Shown one piece after another: positions 26,701-39,000 of a stretch of DNA of 64,000 nucleotides. Each line of letters begins with the position of its first letter. The first letter of the stretch is position 1. The stretch is taken from contig CM022671.1 in the NCBI GenBank assembly GCA_012295275.1, positions 22,072,001 through 22,136,000 of the forward strand, written 5' to 3'. The notes under the pieces were generated by a model. It did not search any database and was not told the origin of the DNA. It worked only from the letters and a program-made list of their open reading frames with translations. The DNA is from Chrysomallon squamiferum (taxonomy: Eukaryota > Animalia > Mollusca). The position numbers and the translations under genes were made by a program.

Positions 26701-29700
26701 CATCTTTACCAAAAAGCTGTGATTTAAGATCTTCAATTTGACTTTCCAGTTCTTTCTTTTCCTATAAAGAAATGCAAAGGTTTTTTTTTGTTGATTTTTT
26801 TTTTAATAAAGAAAGAAGGAAAGAAAGAAAATTATTGATCTACATTTCTGAATAACGTATCATCTGAAGGACAACAGAAATCAGATACTATTTCCACATG
26901 CTATTGTCAAAACCATAAAAAATTACTGGTTATTGTCTCTCTATATGACACTTATTTACTATCACTTGAAACAAAAGTAACAAAAACAAATGTGACATTA
27001 TTCTTAAAACTATGTTTACTGCTTAGTTTGTTTTTTTTTTTTTTTTTTTATTCCCCTTTCTAATTCTTTGATTCAAAGCTGTCAACCATGTTTTTTTTAT
27101 TTTACTTTTCATTCATAGCAAGGATGCCTAGTGTTAGTTACAAATAATTATTTCAAAATAAATGAAGTTGAAGATAGTAAAATGTGACTCAGCTAAGAAA
27201 GAAAAATTAAATATGTTGATTTAATTTAAAGCTGTACATTTCTAAATTATCTCTCCTTTATTATTTAATTTATCTGACCTGATTAGTAGATATAAGCAAA
27301 CTGGTATTTTAATATTTGAAAAATATAAAATAAAACTATCTTAAAATTTGACTAACCTGATTTAATTCATCTATTTTGTTTCTCATTTGTTTGGCGTCAC
27401 TCTCCACTTGGTTCAACAATTCAGATTTTTCTTCAAGCTCATGTTTCAGAGATTCAGTTTCTTTCTCCAAGACTTCTTCTTTCTGTAAATATAATTTTCA
27501 TAATACTCTTGTTAAAAAAAATAGAGTAATTACGACATTTATACTGATGTCTAATATGCAAAAATCAAACAATTTCAAATATTTCTAGACATAAGCTTTT
27601 GGAATAATAATCTGATTTTTGTAACTATGAAAATTATAAAAATAAAATAATTAAAATAATATCAAATATTAAGAAAAATAATACACAAATTAATTAATCT
27701 TAAACAGTACAAAACAATTTTTGGTGGGGTGGGTAATGTAATTCATTAACATCAGTCATGTAAACTGAATACTTTCTTATAGAATAACTAAGTAAGTGTG
27801 ACTTAAATGAAATTTGATCAAACCAAACCAAAAAAAAAGCTATTGAGGATCCAGAATAATTATTAACATACAAGGTATATAAAATATTAGACATGATAGA
27901 TACAAGAAAAATGAAACATTATTAATTAAAACCATCAATTATACCTTTTTCAAAACATCCACATCTCTGCTAGATCCATCAGCATTTTCTAACTTAGTCA
28001 AAATTTCAGTCTTTTCTTCAAGTTCTCTCTTCAGTTTTTCATTCAAAGCTTCCAGCTCTGCTTGTTCCTGAAATTCAACATGATTTTGAGGAATTTAATT
28101 ACTTCACAAAGTCATTAACATAATGTTGAAAAATAATCTGCATGTATCTGTTCATGTTCTCACCATTGTAACCTTGTCAACGACATCTTCCTGCATGGCG
28201 ACAGTGTTCTGCATCTGTTCTATCAACATGTCTTTATCACACATTTCTCTTTTCAACTCATCCACTTGGCTTTCTAAGTCTCGGATTTGCTGAAAGTAAA
28301 GATTATAAATAAATAAAAAAAAAAATTGAAAAAAAAAAAAAGAAGGGAAAATTTTGGTTAAAAACTATTTAAAATTTAAAATCAAGACATCTAAAGAAAT
28401 TCAGTAGAATGTCTAGTCAAAAAACTCTTCTGAACTAAATTTGTATATAACCTGACCTCAACCATACATTCTGGTGGAGCATCAGAAACTTCAAATGTTT
28501 TGAACTCCAAAAGCCAGTGAAAGAAAATTGATGAAATGAATCTGCTTTAATATGGTTAAATAAAACATATTTTTATTAAAAAAAATGCTTGAACCTGTTT
28601 TAAGTCATCCAAGTTACTGTCAGGTTGAGCAGGTTTTTCCAAACAAGCCAACTCTTCCTTCTTTTGTTCCAGTTCTTGTCTCAGTTTTTCAATACATTCT
28701 TCCAGCTGTGAATGTTCCTGTGTAACAAACATACATGAAACTAATAGAATATCTATAAAAAGAAGTACAGTATTTTGAAACAGATATTTTGTTTTCATTT
28801 GAAAGTATATTTTAAAATACAATATTAACAAAAACAAAAACAATTTCATTTACGAGAATTACAATTTAACCAATTTGTTAGAAAAGGATATTAACTTTCC
28901 GTAAAAAAACACAAGGTAAATTTGCACATACACACAATATATAATAAATAGAAAATTAACAAGATATTTGTAATTTTTAAAATAATTTTACTTGCATCTG
29001 CTAGAAGAATATATATATTTTTAAATACCAAACATTAATAAACAAAATAAAATATAATACCAGAGTGACTTTATCAACCACCTCCTCCTGTACTGCCACT
29101 GTGCTCTTCAGTTCTTCTATCACCTCGTCCTTTTCACAGATTTCTTTATTCAACTCCACCATTTTGGATTCCATAGCACTGATCTCCTACAAAGTGCATC
29201 AAATATAAAAAAATCTCTATTAACACAATCGTAAAATTTGATCAATGGCATACAGTTCAGCAGTGTAAGATGATCTTAAGGGGAAACAAATGTTGTGGAA
29301 AAACTGTTTTACCTGTTTCAAGTCTTCTGTGTTGTTGTCAAACTGAGCAGGTTTTTCCACGTTGGCCAACTCCTCTTTCTTTTGTTCCAGTTCTAGTCTC
29401 AGTTTTTCAATACATTCTTCCAGCTCTGAGTGTTCCTATAAATTTGTTGTAAATGTTTATTGATAAAGAGTATTAAAAATAATTGAAATATTAAAAAAAA
29501 AAAATATTTGTGAAAGATTTTATTTTGAAATGCATAATCAAATCAGTTTCAACTGCTAAAATTGTATATAATTTTTATATATAAAAAACAAAAAATGAAG
29601 AAACAAAACAAAAAATCATCAGTTAATTTAATATTTTAGGTGGGTTTTTTTTTAAATTAAAAAATTAAAAAAACAAACATGGAATTTTTTTTTAAACATG

Positions 29701-31209
29701 TAACCACACACACAACCTCCTACCCCAAAATACTCAAAGCCCTCTTAATTAATTATTAATTACACATTTTCTTTTCATTAATTTAAATATTAACATAGCA
29801 AGTCATTACCATAGTGACACTATCCACAACCTGCTCCTGTGATGTCACAGTGTTCTTCAACTGTTCAATCAACTCATCTTTTTCACACATTTCTTTGTTT
29901 AACTCATCCATCTTTGATTCCATAGCACCAATATCCTGAAAAGAATTGGAAACTTTTTAACAAACATGAATAAAATATATATAGGCACACAGTGTGCATA
30001 AATGTGCATATATGAAGGCACAAGTCTCAAATTAAAAATTTATCCAATACAAATACAGTTCTAACCTGTTGTTGATCTTTCAACATTTCATTCTCAAATT
30101 CAGTTTGTGCTGCCACATCAACCATTTGTACACCCTCTGAATCTGCTGCCATTGTTATTTCAACTGTTTTTGCACTCTTAGATTCAGTATGGACTGCCAT
30201 TTCAACTGAATTTACACTCTCCAGTTCAGTCTGTGTTGTCACATCAACCAATTCAGCATTCTCCAATTCTGTGTTGTGTTGTCATTTCAACCAATTCAGC
30301 ATTCTCCAATTCTGTTTGTGTTGTCATGTCAACCAGTTCAGCATTCTCCAGTTCTGTTTGTGTTGTCATGTCAACCAGTTCAGCATTCTCCAGTTCTGTT
30401 TGTGTTGTCATGTCAACCAATTCAGCATTCTCCAATTCTGTTTGTGTTGTCATTTCAACTAATTCAGCATTCTCTATTTCTGTCTGTGTTGTCATGTCAA
30501 CCAATTCAGCATTCTCCAATTCTGTTTGTGTTGTCATTTCAACCAATTCAGCATTCTCCAATTCTGCTTGTGTTGTCATTTCAACCAATTCAGCATTCTC
30601 CATTTCTGTCTGTGTTGTCATGTCAACCAATTCAGCATTCTCCAATTCTGTTTGTGTTGTCATGTCAACCAATTCAGCATTCTTCAGTTCTGACTGAATT
30701 CCTATTTTGACAAATTCAACATTCTCCATTTCTGTCTGTGTTGTCATGTCAACCAATACAGCATTCTCCAATTCAGTTTGGATTGCCACTTCAACCAATA
30801 GAGCATTCTCCAATTCTGTTTGTGTTGCCATTTCAACCATCTCTGCACTTGCTGGTTCAGGCACACAGGTCTGGGATGAAGAAGTGGACTGTTCAGTTTC
30901 ATTCCTCTTTTCAAGTTCTGCTTTCAGCTGTTTGATCACTTCTTCTTGTTCCAACTTTGTCTGGAAAGAAAGGAGAAATTGTAAAAAGAAAAGAATGAAT
31001 AAAAAATAAAAATAATGGGAATTGTTTTGTGATTTTTAAAATCATGTGTATAAAGAACAATAAATATTATATGATTAACAGTAATTTATGGTTTTTTTTT
31101 TTTTTTTAATCTTTTTTTACAAAAAATTTTTACCTTTCATTAAAAAAAAAAAAAAAAATAAAAAAATAATAATAAAAATAATTAAAATAAAATAATAATA
31201 AATAAATAA

Positions 31210-31260
<51 letters not shown>

Positions 31261-32294
31261 AATAAATAAATAAATAAATAAATGTAAAAAAAAAAACTTT
31301 AAAAAAAGAAAAGGAAATTAAGATGACACTATAAATATAAAACTATTATTACCTGACTTAACACATCAATGGTATTTTCTTGCACATCTGATGTTAGATT
31401 TTGTTGTTGAGATTCAGATTTCTGGGAAAGCTCCAATCTCAACTGCTCAATTGTATTCTCTTGCTCAGTTTCAGTCTATTGCAAAATATTGAAAAAAAAA
31501 AAAAATATATATTATTAATAATAAATATTCTACCATATCTAATATTCCTAATTTAATACTATCAAGATTACTCTTCTCCTTATTTCAATGAACATTATAA
31601 ACACTTGTGGATAATTTAACTGTTGCTTTCAAAGTTCACGTTACTAATTTATGTCTGTGATCTACATTAAAATATATTTAGAAGTAAATTAATGTTATGT
31701 TAATGACATCTTAAAATGATTTTTAGGGGTTTATTATGCTGTTTTGGAAAATGAAAGAGAAAAATTTGCTATTGTTAGTTAGTGATAAAAACAAATCAAG
31801 GTATCTTTATAGGCACTTTCCTCTGAATAGAAATGCACACATCACTCCAGTTGATACACTATTCACTAATGTAGAAATAAACCCAGTGGGCACACCCACA
31901 CTAGTTAATATTAGGATGTATAATGAGCTAAAACAAAATTATTAAAATTTTATGGAAATGAACAGTTATTCCTGATTAATGATTTTACTTGGATGTAGAA
32001 AACTGGAGAAAATATAGGTTACGAGTTCAGGGTTATCAGAGCAGGTAAAGGTGAAAAGCCTTACCTGACTCTGTTTTTCAAGAAGATCCTCTTGCATTAT
32101 TAAAGTAGTCTGCATCTGCTCAATGGTCTCAATTCTATCAGCAATTTCTTTATTTAGATCCTCAATTGTGGCTTTCAGATCATCAATCTCTTGCTGCAAT
32201 GTATCAGTCTCACATTCAAGGATTTGCAATAAATAGCCCAATGTCCTATTACATGCACACCATGATTTTATTTATTTCTCTATGTTTCTGTATG

Positions 32295-32355
<61 letters not shown>

Positions 32356-32976
32356 CATGCATTTGTTTGACTCTAGGTGTGAGTGAGTGTCCATCCATCT
32401 AAGTTTGCATATATATGTGTCTCTGTCTGTATTGTGTATATGTGTAATTGCGGTTCTATATATCCATTAACTGTATGGAAAATAAAAATACATAATATTG
32501 TTGTATATACTTTTTTTTTATCAATTTGATCATTTTCAACTTGATCTCACCTGTTTTGATGAATCTGTGTTTTCATAAATCATTGCCAAAGAAGCAGAAT
32601 GTTGATTTTTGTTACTCTTTTCAAGGTCTGCTCTCAGCTGTTCAATAATTTCTTCTTGTTCCACCTTTGTCTGATAAAAAATTAATAATAATACATTTTC
32701 AATTACAATTCAAAAAAGAAAAAAGTAGAAAAATATATAATTATTTATCAAACTGTGGTCTCTTGATTCAATTAAATTAATAAATATATCAACATTAAAA
32801 AAGAAAAAAATTACAGACTGTTTAGCTGTAACAGAAACAGAATAATCAAACATCCAGCTGAAGTCAAGTATTACCGAGTTTAATCTAAAAAAAATTCTTT
32901 TAGTAATAATGATGATGATAATAATGATAATAATTATGATTATGACAATAGCTATGACTATGGCTATGGCTATGGC

Positions 32977-33025
<49 letters not shown>

Positions 33026-36000
33026 GTATAATATTTAGAAAAACTGTTAACACAAGGATATTCTTATTGTTCATATTCAATCTAATACCTTCAACAATTC
33101 TTCTAGTGACTGTTCTTTGTCACTGCCTGTGTTCTGAGCTTCAGCCAGACGTTTAGCTTGCTCTTCAAACTCATATTTCATCTTTTCATTTTCAGTTATA
33201 ATCTGTATTTGAACCTAAAACATAAGGTGTGTTGAGAAAGAAAAGAAATATTTTTAATTGCTTGTCTGTGTAAAATAATGATCCATCCAGTTAAAAAAAC
33301 TTGAAAAAATTATTAAATATATTGTGTAAATTCTGTAATTTGGCAGTATCAAAAATAATACTTGTTTCTTTTGTTATATAATCTTTACTTCAAATTATCA
33401 TTATAGTAAATTATTTTAAAAAACAGCAAAACCCCCAGCAAAAAAAAAGAAAAAAAAAGAAACACCTACAAAAAAACCCCAATATTTTACTAATGGCTTA
33501 ATCAAACAATTAGCTACAACTTTTTAAATTTTACTTAAAGTTCTTCTAATGCCTTAAACTATATTAACAAAGAATTAGTCATTATTGTTAGCATTGTTTT
33601 TATTAACTAACATCTCTCAAATATGTCAGAAGCTTCTCTTGACTTTCAGATGTCTTCTCCATTTCTGTCAACAATTCATTCTTCTTCTCAAGCTCAGCTT
33701 GCAGATTTTTAATTGAATTTTCTTGTTCTAACTGTTTCTGTTGCAAATATTAGAAAATCAAACAATTAATTCCAATTTTCTGCTCGATGAAGAACAAAAA
33801 TTTTATATATCTGAAAAAGTATTGTTTAGGTATTACATGAAATATAATTTTCAAAAAATTAATACTTTAATGTAAGAATTAAAGTTCAGATTTTGTTTTA
33901 TTAAAAGAATATTTTACACAAATGAAATGAAAGAACTATGAGATAAAAGAAGAGACGGACTAATTTTCTCAAGGATTATACATGCAGTCACCTCTTTCAA
34001 ATCTTCAATCAGTTGTTCTCGATCCAAATCTATAATATCTGTAGTCATTTCTATTTTTTCAGATTCCTGTTCTTCAAAGGTTGTCTGAGATTCTGTTGAT
34101 TTCTGGAGTTTAAGTTACAAAATCACTATTTTGTTTATTTAATTTTATTTTATTTTATTAAGTCAGCATTTACTATTAGCCCTTTCACCTGGTAACTCTA
34201 AGTCTAAAACTTTTTTGACTCCATTTTGATTTTAGAAATACTGTTAGTCAAAAATATTTTGTAAGAAACAATCTGATGATTGCTACTAATAATAAAATTT
34301 GCTTCTACAGTAAAAAAAAACCTTTAAAAATAAAATATATTTAATATGACTTACCATACTGCATTTAACTTCTTTGTTTGTGTCCATCTTTTCAAGTAAC
34401 AGGTTTTTGTTTAAAATTTCCTCATTCAGATTTTGTACTTTTTCATTTAGATTATTGATTTCCTAAAAAATAGTTTTATTTTTTAATTTTTAAACTACTC
34501 AACAAAAACAATTTTCAGATTATTTCAAGTTAAAATATAAATAAAGGCATGTGTATCTGTCTGTCTGTCTGTTCATGTTTAGCCATTTTGGCCAACCACA
34601 TATTTTTTTTTCAATTTTTTTTTTTTTTTTTTTTTTTTATTTGGTGAACTGAATTTGACTACATACAGTTTATTCAAACAGAATTATGATAGTTTCCTGC
34701 AAATTTTGGAAATGTTACAAGAATAAAGAGAAGCTGTAGAACTAGATACATTTGTAACCATCTTCATTTTAAAACTTTTTAAAATGTTAATGGGATCATT
34801 CTCACACTGCCTCATTTATACTCTCACTACATCACAGCACATGCCACTACACTTGCACAAATCCAGGCTAACCTCTTTAAAATTCTCTATCAGTTCTTCA
34901 TGAGCTGTGTTGTCATTTTCAGTTTTTGCTAGCATTTCTCTTCCTTCGGTTAATTCCGACTGCAGTTTTTCATTCTCACTTTTCCAGTCTGCTTGTTCCT
35001 GAATTATAAATTAAAGTGAACAGAAATTTAAATAAAACAGTGATACAATTGTTATGGAAAAAAAAAAAAAAAAAAAAAAGCTTTATTAATTATTTGCTGA
35101 TAAAGTTATTTTAAATGCATTTTTTTGACAGCACAAACACACATCTAATAAGTTTTTAATAAACTGATTATCTAACAGGCTGGAAATGGAAACTGACTAA
35201 GAAGGATGGCATTAGAGCCCAAATCCATGAATATATGTCTGTGTTAAGGCTGTGACAAATTCTGGTTGCTAAATATAGTTTTATTTAATAGTTTACCTCT
35301 GTAGTTATCTTATTTTCTTGTGATGTACTTCCACTACATTTTTCCTTATTTAAACGTTCCACTGTTTCTTTTAGAAGATTATTTTCCTACAACAGAATAG
35401 AAATTCTAATTTAAAAAAATTATTAAAAAATTTAAAAATATGACAATAAAAATATCTAAAAGTAATGTTTATTGTTTAAAGCTGAAAACAAAACCTATGT
35501 ATTGTCTATTATATTTATGCTTGCCTTGTATCGTTCTAGAGAAAACCTAAAACGATTTAATGTTTCAGAAAAATATTGTTAAATTAACCTGATGCTTTTG
35601 ATTTTATTTTAATTTTTATGCAAGACAGTTATTGTTTAAAAACAATTCTTAATGGACTATGCTAATGTAATGTTACACAATGACCAGTTGATATGAAAGC
35701 TGCTTCACCTTTTGCAGATTGTTAACAAAATGCTCCAACATCTCTGCTTCACAAGTGACCTTCACTAACATCTGTTCCTTCTCTTCAAGATCAGTCTCCA
35801 TTTTTCCCCATTCTTGACGCTCCTGCAATTTACAAATTTAATAAAAAAATATGAGGGTTTTGTCTCAACCACTGAAGAAACTACTTTGGTATCTTAAATC
35901 ACTGTACAAGTATGTTAATCAGATAGAGAGAGAGAGAGTGAGTGAGAGACAGACAGACAGACATACTGAAATAAAAAAATTACATACTTGATTTACTTGA

Positions 36001-39000
36001 TTCAGGTAGTTCTGCTGTCTCCACAAATCCTCTTCCAGGGTTTCCAGTGCTTTGTCCTTCGTAATAATTTCTTTATTTAATTCCCAAACTAACTCAGTTA
36101 GGCGACTGACCTTTAAAAAAAGAATGTTTTAAATCAAATAAAGATTATAAATATTTTTATAAACAAGGATAATATATAAAATAAAAATAAATTAAAAAAA
36201 ATATATATACTACTTTGAATATATGTTAAAATGTTTTATAGCATAAATAATATTAGTTCAATTAACATAACAAAATCTATCAACACAAATGAAATACTTT
36301 TAAATGAAATAAAAAAAAAAGACAAACAAAATACTTTTTTTTAAAAACAATATTACTCAATACAGTAATTAACAAGAATTATATATCATTAATATAAACA
36401 AAATTCCTTTAATTACTATAAATAATTTTTTTAAATTTATATAAATGAAATAAATAAAAGACAAACAAAATATTTTTAGTTAGTAATATAATAATGTAGT
36501 ACCTACAATACTTTTAAATATCAATTTATTATTGTTCAGCACGTACCTCTTCTGCACTGTCTGTGCCACTTTCTTCAGACTCTGTGGAATCGGTAAATTC
36601 CTTGATCTCAGCCATTTTCAGCTGATCCACGACATGTTCAAGTTCAATCTTCTCCTAAAAATGAAGATTTATTAGCATAACTATCAGATTCAAAAATGAA
36701 AAAAAAAAAAAAAAAAAAAAAAAACTTTTTTCTATCCTACTGATAGAAAAAGATATTGGTCTTCTTGACATAAAGAGTTTGGATGAAATAAAATATCTGA
36801 TATATGCTTACACTGCTGAAGGATCCTTCGTGTAAATCTTTGGAAAGAATAATAATAAAGAAAAGAATATGCAGACACAGTTTAAAAGTGTAAAGACATC
36901 CTGTGACTGCCTATTAAGAATCAGTTTTTGCTTCAAAAATTAATTTTTAAAAGTTTAATTCATTGATTTTAAACCTGATTCAAAATGGAACGTCGCAGTT
37001 CCTTAGACTGTAGCTTGCTGTGCAGGTCTTGAATTTCAAACATCAACTCGAAATCATTATTTTCAATCTCAACACCAGGTAAAGCCTGAAAAACAAATAA
37101 AATAAAACATGTAAATCTGTTAGTTTCGTGAGTTGCCAGCTTTATGTGTGAAATAATACAACTAATTTATCTATCATTAAACAGTGTATATATTCTAATT
37201 TTTAGTACATTAAATCACAGTTTCTCCTGATATCTTAAAAATTTACCTAATGTTCATTTTATTTTTAAAAACAGCAATTTTAAAGTATTTCTCCAGATCT
37301 CCTTATTGCTGTTACATGACAGATTAATATACAAAACCATTTTCGTGAATGCCATATCAATTATAATTTTTGCTATCTAACATTATTATTATGTAACAGG
37401 ATTCAGGATAATTATTCTGGTAATGCTAAATTTATCTCATCAACTATTATAAAACAATTACCTGATGTAGCTGGTTTTCAAGATGTGCCATCCGAAGTTT
37501 AGCAACAGCCAATTCTTTTTCAAGATTCTCCATTAGTAACTGAAAAATCAAAACAACAGATAAAGAAATTTATTTTAAAATTTGAGATTATATTTTTCTT
37601 AAATAATAATAACACTTGAATCTTATTATTATTATTTTTTATAATGATTTAGAAAAGGAAATAGTTTTATGCATGATTTCTTTCAAAATCAAACTTATAC
37701 TTACCCTGCTTTCTAGCTTGGCAAAGTTTCTTGTTTCTGCAAGTTCCTTTTCTAACCAAAGCAAGATGAATTTACTAACAAACAAAAAACAAAAACAAAA
37801 AAAATGGTAAAAATTATATAAACAAACAAAAAGATTATATACAGATACATGCCTACACAGGAACAAAAATCTATGAAATTAGTAATAAATAAATTTTTAA
37901 TACAACAATAAATATTTTAATATTAAATTTGATATTTATGCATATAAGCTTTATCATACAGAAAAATCATTTCAATTTAAAATCAAAATGAATTTACAAA
38001 ATTAAAAGAAACCTAAAGATCTATCAATAGAGGTATTAAAACAAAATCTACCAATTTAGAAGCAGTGGAAATGAGATCCACAAATTTATAAGCTGTCAAA
38101 AAAAAAGCTACAAAGCAGAAGTCTACAAACATACAAGTTATCAAACCCTACCTAACAGAATCATTATTTTTCAAAGGAACGGACCATCTGACACCCTTCT
38201 TATTTTTGTTATTTAGTGCTGACTTTAAAATGGAATCATTTGTAGAGATTATCTCATCTGAAACTGGCTGCGAGAACTCGTGTGAAATTTCGTTCATGTT
38301 ACTGTTCATTGTGGAGTTCACTGCACGGTTTTCAAAATCCTCATGAAAATCCATATATGTTATTTTCAGATCAGACATGTCTGGTTTTGAAGAGTACACT
38401 GAAGACAATAATAATAATAATTTTTAAATAAACTGAAGATTATAAAACATTTTCAATACATCCGTCAGTTAACATCCAGATTAAATGTAATGAAAATAAT
38501 ATAAATTAAGTTATATAAATACAAATATGAAACATTAAGTTTTATTTAATATTCTCAATAAAAGAATGAGTGTTTAATGACCAATACTGTTTAATTTTAA
38601 CTGCTATTTTACGGCTTTTATATTATCATTCAAGAGAATAAAAAATCCCTATTGTTGCCACCCTTTAGGTTGTTCTTTTAAATGAACCTTCAGTGTTGAT
38701 AAGAAGCACACTCCATGGCTTAATACCTATCAGTAAATGCCACTCTCTCATAGATCTTCTCACCCCAAATAAAATAAATATTTTAAAATTATAAAGTTAT
38801 TCTGTATTCACCTTGAGCAGAAAATGCTTTGGCACCAGCCCACGAATATCTTCTTCTGACCTAGAATGGGAAAATTAAGTTACTCTAAAGAATGTATTTA
38901 TTCTTTAATTAAACAAATAAATAAATATAAAAAAAAAAAAAAAAAAAAAACTGCTAATTTATTATGGAAATATTGGTTTCATAAATAAATAAAAATTTGT

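Noticed and set aside
28456-28541. Possible small CENP-E exon between stalk modules
   Set aside because: The apparent acceptor frame hits a stop codon, and the sequence does not resemble the stalk modules
30100-30845. CRISPR-like appearance of the regularly spaced repeat
   Set aside because: Contiguous 42-bp units without unique spacers, inside a eukaryotic exon; no cas genes
30233-31009. Plus-strand ORFs with repeats such as [13 protein letters not shown] and [12 protein letters not shown]
   Set aside because: Antisense shadows of the 42-bp CENP-E coding repeat; splice sites and coiled-coil flanks support only the minus strand
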